Part shown: in pieces, positions 18,402 to 29,013 of the stretch | How positions within the stretch are numbered: the stretch's first letter is position 1 | Layout of the letters: every line of letters begins with the position of its first letter | Source: Hadesarchaea archaeon | Lineage (GTDB): Archaea; Hadarchaeota; Hadarchaeia; Hadarchaeales; Hadarchaeaceae | Reading direction: 5' to 3' | Assembly: GCA_030616305.1 (NCBI GenBank) | Contig: JAUWXQ010000003.1 | Span: 1-33,703, forward strand | DNA: 33,703 nt | The notes under the pieces: generated by a model | Seen by the model: only the letters and a program-made list of their open reading frames with translations | The model's database searches: none | What the model was told of the DNA's origin: nothing | Translations under genes and position numbers: made by a program

Positions 18402-20194
18402 CACATCACCCCATACGTCGAATCTTCACGTTGTTTGATCGCGATTATCTCATCCAGCACCGCGAGCTCATCCCCCGAGAGCAGGTCTCGCAGGTCTCGC
18501 TTCAGAGCGAGCACATGGTCCCTAGGGACGTCCGTGTATAAAACATCACCCTCTTGGATGTGGCGCCCAACCATCGGGCCCTCGATTGAAACTGCCAACT
18601 CATCTCCAAGCTTGGCCTCACGCACTGATTTTTTCTCCTTTTGTAGCTCTCGAACTGTACCGACAGACCTACCATCCTTGCGCATGAGAGGCGCCTTCGG
18701 CTTTAGCACGCCACCCAGCACATCCACCCCGATAATTGCTGGGTCGCTCCGTCTAAACACGTAGCCGGGCTTGAGTGCAAATTTGGCAGGCCTCACGTAG
18801 CCCTCCAAACGCTTTGCCCTCACCTCCTCTCGCTTTAGCTTCGCCCACTCCTCGTACCTCTCTATCAGTCGGTAGATTATTTCCTCTTGTAGGATCGGCA
18901 CCCCCTCGCGCTCTGCCTCCGTCTGCGCGTCAGGAAGGATCTTCGCGTTAAAGGCCAACACCACTCCGAGAAGGGGGTCGCTATTCCTAACACTCACGGC
19001 CTCGACCACGTCACGACGTGAAACATCCCCCACATCCGCACGTCTAATCGATATGTTTTTTGTCTGAAGCTGTCCCTCCAGGGCCTCAAGTGAACCCAGA
19101 GCATCCGCTTTTACAACAACCCCGTTCACGTCCGCGCTTATCCTCACCCGCTCCAGTTCCCGCTGCATCTCCTGCCACAGTTTCTCCGCCTCCCTGATAT
19201 CCCGAACCACTAACAGCGGAGCTCCGGCTACTACCCCCTCGAGGTTGGGAGCGGCTATCTTAACTCCCGCCGCCGCGTAAACCCTATTCACCAAGTCAAA
19301 TTTGTCCTCGGGATCACGAATCTCATCAAGCGGCTTGGGGCGTAAAAGCGCACGAACCTTCGACGTTATCACGTTGTCGAGGCCTCCGACCGCGAAAATA
19401 TCCCCTTTCGCAAGGGTGCCATCGTACACGATTGCATCTATCGTCTTTCCGAGCCCTACCTCCTCCTTTACCTCGAGCACCGTGGCCCGCGCTGGTCCTG
19501 TCACCTCAACCGTCAGCTCACGCTCGAGGAATCGCTGGGCAAGACCGACAAGCACGGTGAGAACCTCAGGCAGGCCCTCTCTGGTCTTGGCACTCGCCGG
19601 AACAATGCTAACCTGTCTGCGGAAATCACTCACGCGGTCGAAGCGCTCCGCCTCAAATCCGAGTTCGTGCAGCTTGCCGACCAGTTCATATATCTTCTCG
19701 TCGAGCGCCTGCTGCACTTTTGGGGGCTGCTTCGCGAAGGAGCCCAAGAAATTTGCCTTCGGTATCGACTGCCAGCCGTGGATGAGGTCGATTTTGTTCG
19801 CCACGAGCATGAAAGGCGTGTGGTAAGATTTCAAGATCGTCAGGGACTCGAGCGTCTGCGGCATGAACCCCTCGTTGATGTCCACCACAAGGGCCGCTAG
19901 GTCAGCTAAGGCCCCCCCACGCCGACGCAGATTTGTGAAAGCCTCGTGTCCCGGGGTGTCGATGAAAAGCAAGCCAGGAAGCGTCACTTCTATTTTGAAC
20001 TTTTCGAGAAGACCGCCACAAATTCTCTTGATGGTGTCCACTGGTACTTCACTTGCCCCAACATGTTGAGTTATCGCGCCAGCTTCGCGTGCGACCACGG
20101 TGGTGCCTCTGATTCCGTCCAGTAGTAAAGTTTTTCCATGGTCTACGTGACCTAGCACAGCGATCAAGGGCTGCCTAACTTTGCGCTCCCGCAT
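18401..20194 (-). CDS. infB: Translation initiation factor aIF5B (IF-2)
   Basis: RQP.IAVLGHVDHGKT, EAGAITQHVGA, IDTPGHEAF.NLRRRGG, NKID, KADALGSLEAL, FRRSDPAIIGV. No intein-sized insert. Start ATG 20194; TTG 20206 is an alternative. Confidence 0.97.
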   Translation of the reverse strand: MRERKVRQPLIAVLGHVDHGKTLLLDGIRGTTVVAREAGAITQHVGASEVPVDTIKRICGGLLEKFKIEVTLPGLLFIDTPGHEAFTNLRRRGGALADLAALVVDINEGFMPQTLESLTILKSYHTPFMLVANKIDLIHGWQSIPKANFLGSFAKQPPKVQQALDEKIYELVGKLHELGFEAERFDRVSDFRRQVSIVPASAKTREGLPEVLTVLVGLAQRFLERELTVEVTGPARATVLEVKEEVGLGKTIDAIVYDGTLAKGDIFAVGGLDNVITSKVRALLRPKPLDEIRDPEDKFDLVNRVYAAAGVKIAAPNLEGVVAGAPLLVVRDIREAEKLWQEMQRELERVRISADVNGVVVKADALGSLEALEGQLQTKNISIRRADVGDVSRRDVVEAVSVRNSDPLLGVVLAFNAKILPDAQTEAEREGVPILQEEIIYRLIERYEEWAKLKREEVRAKRLEGYVRPAKFALKPGYVFRRSDPAIIGVDVLGGVLKPKAPLMRKDGRSVGTVRELQKEKKSVREAKLGDELAVSIEGPMVGRHIQEGDVLYTDVPRDHVLALKRDLRDLLSGDELAVLDEIIAIKQREDSTYGVM

Positions 20195-20244
20195 TTTCGC
20201 CACCAAGTAATGGTGGGTGCCAAAGTTTAAGTAAGGTATTAGAG

Positions 20245-20667
20245 CTATGCGCTAAATTTTACTAAATCTGAAAAAAATAGCGGCAACTCGCGCTCAGCGC
20301 TTTCAGCTGAATCAGCGGCGTGGATAACATTCTCCGTGATGCTCGTACCAAAGTCCCCCCGGATGGTTCCCTTGGCTGCTTTCGCCGGGTTAGTGGTACC
20401 TATCAACTCGCGCATTCGCGCGATCGCGTTATCTCCCTCCACCAATATCACGACCACATCCCCCAAAAGCACATGCTCGACCAAGCGTTTGAAGAACTCC
20501 TTGCCTCGGTGAATCGCATAAATCTTTTCAGCAGTCGACCTGTCCATCTTAAGCCGCCGCATCGAAACTATTTTCAACCCGGCCCGCTTGATGCGCGCGA
20601 TTATCTCATCAGTAAGTCCCTTCACCACACCGTCGGGCTTTACCATGACGAACGTTTGCTCCCTCAA
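20245..20667 (-). CDS. ndk: Nucleoside diphosphate kinase
   Basis: EQTFVMVKPDGV, GTIRGDFG, NVIHAADS (catalytic His). Confidence 0.96.
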   Translation of the reverse strand: MREQTFVMVKPDGVVKGLTDEIIARIKRAGLKIVSMRRLKMDRSTAEKIYAIHRGKEFFKRLVEHVLLGDVVVILVEGDNAIARMRELIGTTNPAKAAKGTIRGDFGTSITENVIHAADSAESAERELPLFFSDLVKFSA

Positions 20668-20855
20668 GCCTTACCCCTCAGCTTTCGGGAGCGCTCGGTC
20701 CACTTGACGTGGTGCGGCTTCCGCCCAAGCTTCATATTTCGCTCGCACTTGCTGGAGCAGAAAAACAAGACCGTGCCATCCCGCTTGACCACCATCAGGC
20801 CGCTGCCGGGCTCGACTCGCCCGCCACAGAACGAACACTTTCGGGCGATAGGCAT
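20664..20855 (-). CDS. rpl24e: 50S ribosomal protein L24e
   Basis: CSFCG..VEPGSGLM.VKRDG...FFCSSKCE.N..LGR.P...KWT. Confidence 0.96.
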   Translation of the reverse strand: MPIARKCSFCGGRVEPGSGLMVVKRDGTVLFFCSSKCERNMKLGRKPHHVKWTERSRKLRGKA

Positions 20856-21074
20856 CTATGGCACCCTGATCTCTCTTGCTTCCCGATCGGTCTCGCGAAG
20901 CATGAGGATATCGCCAACGCGCACCGGTCCCTTTACGTTGCGGGTTATGATCCGCCCCTTGTCCCGCCCCTCGAGTACCCTACACTTAACCTGCATGATC
21001 TCGCCAGTCACCCCGGTACGAGCACGTATCTCAATAACTTCGGCGGGGAAGCCGAATCCCTCTACAGCTGGCAT
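20856..21074 (-). CDS. rps28e: 30S ribosomal protein S28e
   Basis: [47 protein letters not shown]. Confidence 0.97.
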   Translation of the reverse strand: MPAVEGFGFPAEVIEIRARTGVTGEIMQVKCRVLEGRDKGRIITRNVKGPVRVGDILMLRETDREAREIRVP

Positions 21075-21079
21075 TCAAG

Positions 21080-21451
21080 TCACTTTCTGAGTTCTTTGAT
21101 GCGCTCGACTATCTCCTTGACTGTATCGGTGGCCTGCCCAGCCTCGGCGATAGTTATCGCTGCACATCCAACATCTATGCCAGCCGCTGCCCCGAGCTCG
21201 CGCTTGCTGGGCACATAAGTGTATGGGATGCCCTTCTCATCGCAGAGTGCGGGTAGATGGGCGACGATCTCGGCTGGCTCGACGTCTTCCGCGATCACTA
21301 CCAAAACAGCTTTCTTCCGCTCGATCGCCTTGGTGCTCTCATTTGTTCCTTTCCTGAGCTTTCCGGTATCGCGTGCCTTCTCGACCGCTTCGTATACCTT
21401 ATCTGCTAGATCCTTGGGGACCTCAAACCTGACATAAATTGGTTTAGCCAT
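21080..21451 (-). CDS. rpl7ae: Ribosomal protein L7Ae (eL8, K-turn-binding protein)
   Basis: [57 protein letters not shown]. Confidence 0.97.
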   Translation of the reverse strand: MAKPIYVRFEVPKDLADKVYEAVEKARDTGKLRKGTNESTKAIERKKAVLVVIAEDVEPAEIVAHLPALCDEKGIPYTYVPSKRELGAAAGIDVGCAAITIAEAGQATDTVKEIVERIKELRK

Positions 21452-21460
21452 TTATCTCCC

Positions 21461-21493
21461 CTCCTTCGGTTTTTCACCTCATCATTCATAGGC
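21461..21493 (-). promoter_or_regulatory. K-turn-like element in the rpl7ae 5' UTR (putative autoregulatory site)
   Basis: Minus strand reads GCCTATGAATGATGA-GGT-GAAAA-ACC-GA-AGGAGG: a box C-like ATGATGA, tandem GA/GA flanking a short stem, abutting the GGAGG Shine-Dalgarno. Confidence 0.55.
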
Positions 21494-21565
21494 TTTTTGT
21501 GACTAGTTATGGGATACGCAGCTATAGATAAAAATCTGTTGTTGTCGGGAGAGCTTGAAGCTGAA

Positions 21566-23257
21566 TCACCTATGACCATATACCGCAATCAGCTTGGGCC
21601 TCACCGCGTCAATCCTGATAAACCCATACCTCTCAAATTGCACGATGCTGCCGGGTTGGAGCCCTGCCACTGCTGGCTCTGCTAAACCGTGCTCGGTGGT
21701 GTTGTCTGGTTTTATCACCTCAAGCTTGACCGCACCTCCTGAAACCCAGTGGATCTTGGGTCCCTCAGCGACTTCCAAGCTGTGAAATTCGGCTTCGAGA
21801 GCTCTCCCCTTGGCAGTCAGCTTCACGTTCATCAGGTCTTTCAACCTAAACATCTGATCTTCTTCCAATGCAGCAACGTCCTCATTTGACACATGAAACA
21901 CCAACGCGTCACCTTCGCGCTTAAGCGGCAGAATACGTTCACCACTCTCTGGCCGGCTTGGGTGGAGGCGGAGGCACGCTTCCTTAAGGCTTGGGGCCTT
22001 GTGTACCAGCAGCTTCACGGGGTTCGCCACGAAAAAGTACCTGTTTGCTAGTTTGTCCACAAATTTCCGGTTGTACGCGTAAAGGGTCTCCCAGCTGAGC
22101 GAAGAGTCAACAAGTGTCATACCTACATCCAAAATCAGCTGCCTTATCGCTTCGCGGACAAAACCCCGCCTACGAAGGGCGGCGATTGTGGCTAGCCTCA
22201 CATCGTCATGACCAGAGAGCTCTCCGCTCTGGATGGCACGCATGGTCTGGGTCTTGCTCAGCACGACGCCAGGCATTGCCAAGCGTCCATGCTGAACTGC
22301 CGTGGGATAACGCCATCCTAAGTGATCGTAGAGCGTACGCTGGCGTTGTTCGTTCACCTCGTGCTCCTTGCCTCTTATTATGTGGGTTACCTCCATCTCG
22401 TGGTCGTCGATCGCGACGGAAAAATTGTAGAGGGGCCAGACCGAGTAGCGTCCCCCGACTCGCGGGTGGGGTTTCAACACCGCGCGAAGTGCTGGCCAAT
22501 CCCGCACAGCTGGATTCGGATGCTTTATGTCTGTCTTGATGCGCACGACCGCCTCTCCCTTCACAAGATCTCCCGCCAACATCCGCCCCCAGCGACTTAG
22601 ATGCTCCTCCGCCGGAAGCCCGCGACACGGACAAGGTTCTCCGCGATCTCGGAGCTCGCGGAATTGCTCCACTTTACACGTGCACACGTATGCCTTGCCC
22701 TCCTTAATGAGACGCTCTGCGTAGCCGTAGTACAGCTCAAGGCGGTCCGACTGTGCGTACTCTTCATCCCAGCTAAGGCCAATCCACCGCAGGTCGCGCT
22801 TAATCAACTCGTACATCCCGAGCAGCGTGTTCTCTGGGTTGGTATCCTCGAAGCGAAGAATGAACTTGCCTTTGTAGCGGCGGGCATACTCATGACTCAG
22901 GAGTGCGGTCCTAACGTGTCCTAAGTGCAGCGGACCATTAGGGTTCGGGGCAAAGCGAGTGATGACCATAGGGTATTTATCGAAATCAGGCAGATCGGGG
23001 AGACCACGTCGCTCCTCTGGCTTTGGCCGTTCCACGCGCCCAACTTTTCGTAATTGGAAAAGCTGCTCCTCGCGAGGCCAAGCATTGACCTCGGCGACGA
23101 CCTGCTCCACAGTTTCTGAGAGCTCCATTATTTTTGATCGCCATCCTGGCAGCTCCGCCACGAGCTTTCCTAAGACGGCTTTGACGTTGGCCCGCCCCTT
23201 ATGTTCAGCGGCATTGGTGAGAGCCCATCGTAGCGCTTCTCTGCGAACATCCTCCAA
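21566..23257 (-). CDS. gltX: Glutamate-tRNA ligase (archaeal type)
   Basis: RFAPNPNGPLHLGH (HIGH), LRFEDTNP, AYVCTC...CPCR, VWPLYNF..AIDDH, THIIRGKEH, VLSKT (KMSKS equivalent), QFERYGF.RID. Confidence 0.96.
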   Translation of the reverse strand: MEDVRREALRWALTNAAEHKGRANVKAVLGKLVAELPGWRSKIMELSETVEQVVAEVNAWPREEQLFQLRKVGRVERPKPEERRGLPDLPDFDKYPMVITRFAPNPNGPLHLGHVRTALLSHEYARRYKGKFILRFEDTNPENTLLGMYELIKRDLRWIGLSWDEEYAQSDRLELYYGYAERLIKEGKAYVCTCKVEQFRELRDRGEPCPCRGLPAEEHLSRWGRMLAGDLVKGEAVVRIKTDIKHPNPAVRDWPALRAVLKPHPRVGGRYSVWPLYNFSVAIDDHEMEVTHIIRGKEHEVNEQRQRTLYDHLGWRYPTAVQHGRLAMPGVVLSKTQTMRAIQSGELSGHDDVRLATIAALRRRGFVREAIRQLILDVGMTLVDSSLSWETLYAYNRKFVDKLANRYFFVANPVKLLVHKAPSLKEACLRLHPSRPESGERILPLKREGDALVFHVSNEDVAALEEDQMFRLKDLMNVKLTAKGRALEAEFHSLEVAEGPKIHWVSGGAVKLEVIKPDNTTEHGLAEPAVAGLQPGSIVQFERYGFIRIDAVRPKLIAVYGHR

Positions 23258-23340
23258 CCGGTTGCCTCCTTATCATTATCTCTAACAGCACAATAACATA
23301 AAACTTGTTGAAGAATTTTCAGTTCAAGCATTAACATTTC

Positions 23341-24351
23341 CTAAAATTCTCGCTCGACCACGAAATCGGCCAGCGCGAAGAGTATCTCCTTTGCCCTTGA
23401 CTTAGATATGGGAGCTAACTTCGATTTTGCGTCCGCGACAAACTTTCTGGCCTGTTCGGCGACATAGTCAACTGCGCCGGATCTCTTTAGTACCTCAATT
23501 GCGGCCTCTATCTCTTGCTTCGATGCGTCGCGTTTCCCGAGTACGCGGAGGAGAATAGCTCTGTCTCTCTTCGGCGCTGTTGAAAGGGCTTTAATCATGA
23601 CCAATGTTCGTTTGCCTTCCCGAATATCGCTCCCAATCGGCTTGCCAAACTTCTTCTGGTTACCTGCGACACCAAGCACGTCATCCTGCATCTGAAACGC
23701 GACACCAATCAAACGACCGTAGCTAGCGAGCGCCTCAACTTGCTTTGGCTCCCCCTTGCCCAGCAAGGCTCCGACCTTCGCCGATGCCTCTGTCAACGCT
23801 CCGGTCTTCCCGCTCACCATGCCCATGTATTCTTTCTCGCTCACGCTTCTACGATCCTCGAACACCATGTCGAAGGCCTGACCTCGACAGAGCTCAAAAC
23901 TCGCCTTGCTTATTGTGTCGAATAGCTCCACCACGCGCTCACTTTCCAGCTTGAGCCTACGAGCATTCGCCGCAACCGCCTCGAACACTTTGGCGAAGAG
24001 GGCGTCTCCTGCTATTATCGCTACGGGTTCCCCCCACAGCTCGTGTACGGTCTTCACGTTTCGCCTGAATTCGTCCCGATCCATAATATCGTCGTGGATG
24101 AGGGTGAAGTTGTGGAGCAATTCAAGGGCCGCAGCAGATTCTATAGCATCCTCAGGTCTCCCACCCACAGCCTCGCATGCTGTGAGCGCTATGCACGGGC
24201 GAAGTCTCTTCCCTCCTGCCTCGATCAAATGCCGTGTTGCCTTAGCTAGGATCTCTGGCTTGAACTTAGGGGAAACCCAGCGATCTATCTCACGCTCGAC
24301 CAAACGCGCGCGCTCCTCCAGATATCTCAACACGTCCATTCTATCCGCCAA
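23341..24351 (-). CDS. idsA: Short-chain isoprenyl diphosphate synthase (geranylgeranyl-PP synthase)
   Basis: GGKRLRP, first Asp-rich motif HNFTLIHDDIMD with Phe five residues upstream, GQAFD, KTG.L, FQMQDD, GKPIGSDIREGK.T. Confidence 0.93.
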   Translation of the reverse strand: MADRMDVLRYLEERARLVEREIDRWVSPKFKPEILAKATRHLIEAGGKRLRPCIALTACEAVGGRPEDAIESAAALELLHNFTLIHDDIMDRDEFRRNVKTVHELWGEPVAIIAGDALFAKVFEAVAANARRLKLESERVVELFDTISKASFELCRGQAFDMVFEDRRSVSEKEYMGMVSGKTGALTEASAKVGALLGKGEPKQVEALASYGRLIGVAFQMQDDVLGVAGNQKKFGKPIGSDIREGKRTLVMIKALSTAPKRDRAILLRVLGKRDASKQEIEAAIEVLKRSGAVDYVAEQARKFVADAKSKLAPISKSRAKEILFALADFVVEREF

Positions 24352-25666
24352 GCCTCAGGGAGATGCCATTTCGGAGATGGTGGAGATGCCCGCTCGAATA
24401 GCCGAGTTCTTTTCCTAGTTCAAGCATGATCCTGAGCTTGTCCGATGTGCCGTGGCAGGGAATGAGGTGCTCCGGCCGCACGAGCTCGATGAACTCAGCG
24501 GTATCGACTTTTCCAGCGTGGCCAGAAGCATGAACATCTCGATGGATGTGGGCCCCTTGAGCACGGAGTTTTGTCTCCAGAAGCTCCCGGTTTGACTCGT
24601 TGATGGGGTTCGGGATGACACTTGCGGAGAAGATGACCTCATCTCTATTGCTTACTTTCAGTGGGAACTGGCCGTCAGCTATACGGGAGAGCACGGAGTT
24701 TGGTTCACCCTGGTGCCCAGTACATATCAACACAAAATCCTCCTTCGAGCGCTGCATGTCTCGGAGTAGATTGCGCACGGCGTTAGGTCGTCCATGGATG
24801 TACAGTTCTGGCGGGAAGTCCACTAATCCTAGGTCGAGCGCCGCCGTACAGTAGTTGCGGAGTGAGCGCCCAACCAAGACCGGGGTGCGCCCCATCTCAA
24901 ACGACAAATCGACTATAGACTTCAGCCTGACGATATGAGATGAAAATGTGGTTGCGAGGATTAAACCCCCGCCCGAACTTGCCTCTTTCATGACTTCCTC
25001 TAACTGCTTCTTAACATGTGCCTCAGAAGGAGTCGGCCCCGGATTGTCCACCCTTACTGCCCCGACCATGGCCGCAAGCAATCCCTCGTTGGCCAATTGC
25101 TTCAGCCTCACGCGGTCGGTCTTGTACCCGAGCAGGGGCTCTTCGTCAAGCCTGAAATCGCTGGCACAGAGGACCGACGTGCCTCCATTGCCCACCAATG
25201 GCAAGGTCGTGTGCAGAATGCTGTGTGTGGCGCGAATGAACTCGATTTCGATACCATCCACCTTCACGGTGTCACCAGGCGTCACGGTTCTAAATTCGTT
25301 TTTGATCTTGAAACGACGCTCCTCGCGTAAGAGTCTCTTCGTGAGCTCGATGGTGAATGGCGTGCCGTAAATCGGCGCGTCGTAGGCGTGTGCTAACTTG
25401 CCCACCGCGCCTATGTGGTCCAAATGACCGTGGGTGAGCACTATCGCCCTGACCTTTCGGCCGCGGAGAATAGCGTCGTCAGGGATTCCGTTGATGTTTA
25501 TGAGCTCTTCGCGGCCCATGGTCCCTATATTTGCATCTTCAAATGCCATAATGCTGTCGAGCCTTATCCCCATATCCACGAGGATGTACTTGCCGTCGAA
25601 GCCCAGTGCGGTCATGTTTTTGCCCACCTCACCCAAGCCACCAACTGGAAGTATTTCCACCATCAT
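24341..25666 (-). CDS. rnj: Ribonuclease J (beta-CASP metallo-beta-lactamase)
   Basis: [60 protein letters not shown] 25666 overlaps the fni stop. Confidence 0.93.
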   Translation of the reverse strand: MMVEILPVGGLGEVGKNMTALGFDGKYILVDMGIRLDSIMAFEDANIGTMGREELININGIPDDAILRGRKVRAIVLTHGHLDHIGAVGKLAHAYDAPIYGTPFTIELTKRLLREERRFKIKNEFRTVTPGDTVKVDGIEIEFIRATHSILHTTLPLVGNGGTSVLCASDFRLDEEPLLGYKTDRVRLKQLANEGLLAAMVGAVRVDNPGPTPSEAHVKKQLEEVMKEASSGGGLILATTFSSHIVRLKSIVDLSFEMGRTPVLVGRSLRNYCTAALDLGLVDFPPELYIHGRPNAVRNLLRDMQRSKEDFVLICTGHQGEPNSVLSRIADGQFPLKVSNRDEVIFSASVIPNPINESNRELLETKLRAQGAHIHRDVHASGHAGKVDTAEFIELVRPEHLIPCHGTSDKLRIMLELGKELGYSSGHLHHLRNGISLRLGG

Positions 25667-26748
25667 GACTTCCGCGCTCCTTTGAGTTTGTCCGGATTTA
25701 GACCACGAGCAAGCAACCATTCGCGAGTCCTACCTGTGACCACCACTGGCGCCTCTTGTAGGTCTCTAACACGCTTGCATCCCGTCAGGAACATCGCTGC
25801 TTTTAGCTCAGTCATGAAATCATTAAGAAACTCAACAACTGCTTTTTCACCTAACGACGCAGCGCGGAGAGCAGGAAGCGCCACGCCGACAAGGTCTGCT
25901 CCCAGCGCCAATGCTTTCGCCGCGTCGAAACCAGAACGTATCCCCCCACTAGATATGACCGGCACCTTGACAGCTGATGCTACCTCCGCCGTACACACGG
26001 CCGTCGGTATGCCCCAGTCCCAGAAGGTGATTCCTAAACGAGAACGCTTCTTCGCCCTAAACGTTTCGACCCCAGCCCAAGAAGTGCCTCCTGCTCCGCT
26101 GACATCTATCGCGGCCGCGCCCGCCCGAACAAGCCTTCGCGCAACATCTGCGCTCAGCCCGCTGCCGGTTTCCTTTGCTATCACTGGTACACTCAACCCC
26201 CTACAAACTTCTGCAAACTTAGCCAAGCCCCCACGGTACTTCGGCTCCCCTTCAGGCTGCACGAGCTCCTGTAGAGGGTTCATGTGGATTGAGAGCGCAT
26301 CGGCGTCCAGCATCTCAACCGCCTTGCGCGCCTCTGCCACTCCATAACCGTGGGTGAGCTGAGGTACGCCTAAGTTACCGACAAGGAAAACATCTGGGGC
26401 GACGCTTCGGACCTTGTAGGTTCGCGCCAGCTTGGGATTCTCGATTGCTGCCCGCTGACTACCGACGCTGAACGCTAGACCAAGTTTCTGAGCAGCTGAA
26501 GCCAGCGTTAGATTAAGTTTCATCCCACGCTGGTTACCGCCCGTCATCGCAGAAATCATGATAGGTGCCTCAAGTTTAGCTCCCAGAAAGGAGGTCCGCA
26601 GGTCGACTTCTTGGAGATCTAGCTCCGGAAGCGCCATATGGACTAGGTCCACATCTCCAAACCCGGTAGTCTTGAACATGGCCCCGATGTCCTCTTTCAA
26701 ACATATGTTCAAGTGGTCAAGTTTCCTGTCCACGGTTTTCCGGCCCAT
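25663..26748 (-). CDS. fni: Type 2 isopentenyl-diphosphate delta-isomerase (FMN-dependent)
   Basis: [66 protein letters not shown] 26748 follows GGAGGT. Confidence 0.96.
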   Translation of the reverse strand: MGRKTVDRKLDHLNICLKEDIGAMFKTTGFGDVDLVHMALPELDLQEVDLRTSFLGAKLEAPIMISAMTGGNQRGMKLNLTLASAAQKLGLAFSVGSQRAAIENPKLARTYKVRSVAPDVFLVGNLGVPQLTHGYGVAEARKAVEMLDADALSIHMNPLQELVQPEGEPKYRGGLAKFAEVCRGLSVPVIAKETGSGLSADVARRLVRAGAAAIDVSGAGGTSWAGVETFRAKKRSRLGITFWDWGIPTAVCTAEVASAVKVPVISSGGIRSGFDAAKALALGADLVGVALPALRAASLGEKAVVEFLNDFMTELKAAMFLTGCKRVRDLQEAPVVVTGRTREWLLARGLNPDKLKGARKS

Positions 26749-26752
26749 TTTA

Positions 26753-27547
26753 CTACCTCCCCACCACCACGGTGCCAAGCCCTCGTTCACCTTGAACTGC
26801 TCTTTTTAAAACCCCTGGCTTCGTTGCATTCACGATCTCCGCCTCAACGCCTCGATTGGCAAGCGCCAGCAATTCCCTGACCTTGTTCTCCATCCCACCC
26901 GTGACATCTTTTTCCTCAGCCGCACCGAGCGACGCAATGAGTTCCTCATCTGCAGGAGTTATTTTCCGTATGAGTATGGCACTTTTGTCTTTTTTCGGGT
27001 TTGCCATATGCACACCGTCCACATCCACCCCTAAGATGACTCTAGAGGCTTTGAGTTCTCCCGCGAGGTATGCCACTATTTGGTCTCCAGAAAGTATGCT
27101 CATCCCCCTACTGATATCTGGTACAGCATCCCCATACAGAACTGGGATGAGCCCAAGTTCGAGTAGTTTTTTGACGGGTGCGAGCTCCATCGACTGAATT
27201 CGCCCCCCGCTGACTACCACACAGGCTGAAGGCTGTACCGCAATCGCCGGGAGACCTGCTTTTTGGAGGGCTTCGATTACATTAGCATTTAACCGCTCCA
27301 TGGCACGGTGGGTGAGCGATAAGCCCATCAGTTGGTTCTTGTTTTTGTACCCCTCCGCGATCCCATACTTTGATGCTACCGGATGTCCGAACGAGCCACC
27401 TCCATGCACAATCACTAACGGCCCCTTCGCCGCCGCTAGCTCTCGCGCAAGTCGCCTGAGGGCCGCCCGCTTGACCACAAAAGGTCTGCGCTTGTCGGTG
27501 ATGACACTCCCGCCTAGTTTCACAATCAATGGCCGCACCTTAATCAC
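26753..27547 (-). CDS. ipk: Isopentenyl phosphate kinase
   Basis: [19 protein letters not shown] (IPK His), P.LYGD, LSGD, DVTGGM..K. Adjacent to fni. Confidence 0.93.
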   Translation of the reverse strand: MIKVRPLIVKLGGSVITDKRRPFVVKRAALRRLARELAAAKGPLVIVHGGGSFGHPVASKYGIAEGYKNKNQLMGLSLTHRAMERLNANVIEALQKAGLPAIAVQPSACVVVSGGRIQSMELAPVKKLLELGLIPVLYGDAVPDISRGMSILSGDQIVAYLAGELKASRVILGVDVDGVHMANPKKDKSAILIRKITPADEELIASLGAAEEKDVTGGMENKVRELLALANRGVEAEIVNATKPGVLKRAVQGERGLGTVVVGR

Positions 27548-28383
27548 CTTGATACCGCAATTGAACCGTACCCAACAACTTGTGGCATGGGGCCCGCAGT
27601 TTCCCCGCTAGTCGCGTATTTCAGTAGCTCTGCCTTTTTTGCCCCGAGTTTTTTAGCGGCTTGCAACATCGCAGAAACTGGTCCGTAACCACACATGGTG
27701 ATTGACTCCTCCTCGACGGTGCGAATCAACCCCCCTACGTCGAGCGCCAGAATTTTATCTATTGCCCTGTGATCCTTCGTGGTGGCTGAACGTTGGGATT
27801 CATAATGGGTAAAATCAGTTGAAGCGATGATCGCTACATCCTTCCCTACCGCGGCTTTGCCAATCGCGTCCCCGACCTCCTTACTCGTTTTTGCGTCCTG
27901 TAACATCATGCATATCGGCACTATTTTGAATTCATCGCCGAAGAGATGCTGGAGAAACGGGAGCTGGACTTCGAGGGAATGCTCATGTGCGTGAGCAACC
28001 TCATCTACATCTATTATCTCCGACCCCCGCTTAATCGCCTCGCCCAACTGCTTATCCACTTGTACTTCCCCCAGAGGGGTTCTCCACTTACCTGATGTCA
28101 TTATCGACACGCCCGAACCCGCGCCCGTGTGGTTTGGGCCCAAAATTACAATTGAACCGGGCATACCGTCCTGAGCCATCCGAGCAAACCCGTGCGCAGC
28201 TACCGGGCCAGAATACATGTAGCCCGCGTGGGGCGACACCAAGCCCACTAGCCGTCTCGACCCTGGCTGCACTTTAGGCACCTCTCCCGGACCGTGTGAA
28301 TGGGTATAACACCACTCAACCTGCTCGAGAAGGGCCGATCGAGTACCTGCATAGAACTGCCCTGCGACCACCGGAGGCCTCAC
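27544..28383 (-). CDS. MEMO1-family protein
   Basis: RPPVVAGQFY, PHAGY.YSG, GPNHTG, W.TPLG, EHSLEVQLPFLQ, ASTDFTHY, TMCGYGP, YATSG...VVGY. Confidence 0.93.
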   Translation of the reverse strand: MRPPVVAGQFYAGTRSALLEQVEWCYTHSHGPGEVPKVQPGSRRLVGLVSPHAGYMYSGPVAAHGFARMAQDGMPGSIVILGPNHTGAGSGVSIMTSGKWRTPLGEVQVDKQLGEAIKRGSEIIDVDEVAHAHEHSLEVQLPFLQHLFGDEFKIVPICMMLQDAKTSKEVGDAIGKAAVGKDVAIIASTDFTHYESQRSATTKDHRAIDKILALDVGGLIRTVEEESITMCGYGPVSAMLQAAKKLGAKKAELLKYATSGETAGPMPQVVGYGSIAVSR

Positions 28384-29013
28384 CTATTCGCCTCCCGGCT
28401 TGGTCTCAAACTCCTCCACTGGAACCTCGAAAGGTGCATCGGGCGAGAGTTCCCCTCGCTCTCTGAGCACTTGGCGAGCTAGAAGCCAGTACACCAGCGC
28501 GAGAGCCTTGCGCCCCTTGTTGTTCGTGGGGATTATCAATTCCACATCCGCTGTCTCATTGTCCGTGTCACAAAGCCCAACAACCGGAATCCCAACTTGG
28601 GCTGCCTCGCGTAGCGGTTGTTCGTCCGCGAAGGGGTCAGTGACGACGAGCGTGGCTGCTTCGATGTAACCCTTGTAATGGGGGTTGGTAAAGGTCCCCG
28701 GGATAAACCTACCTACAATCGGCCGCGTCCTTGTGACCTCACCAAACCGCTGCGCCGGGCGCTGCCCATATTGCCTAGCTGAAACCACTATCACTCTTTG
28801 GGGATCGAACCGCGCCAAAAATTTGCCCGCTGATGCTATCCGCTCGTCGGTCTTTCGTACGTCGAGTACGTAGAGACCATCTGGGCGGACCCGATAGATA
28901 AAGGGTGCCATCGCGCCAGTCTTCTGCCGGGTCCCTATGTGAACACCGCTCGAGAGGTAGGTGTCGAAATCCACTAGCCCGACCACGCCTTCTCCGAACT
29001 CCGCCGCGCTCAT
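28384..29013 (-). CDS. rps2: 30S ribosomal protein S2 (uS2)
   Basis: [68 protein letters not shown]. Confidence 0.97.
   Translation of the reverse strand: MSAAEFGEGVVGLVDFDTYLSSGVHIGTRQKTGAMAPFIYRVRPDGLYVLDVRKTDERIASAGKFLARFDPQRVIVVSARQYGQRPAQRFGEVTRTRPIVGRFIPGTFTNPHYKGYIEAATLVVTDPFADEQPLREAAQVGIPVVGLCDTDNETADVELIIPTNNKGRKALALVYWLLARQVLRERGELSPDAPFEVPVEEFETKPGGE

Noticed and set aside
18401-20194. Intein in aIF5B, a known archaeal insertion site
   Set aside because: The protein is about 597 aa and the GTPase motifs are contiguous.
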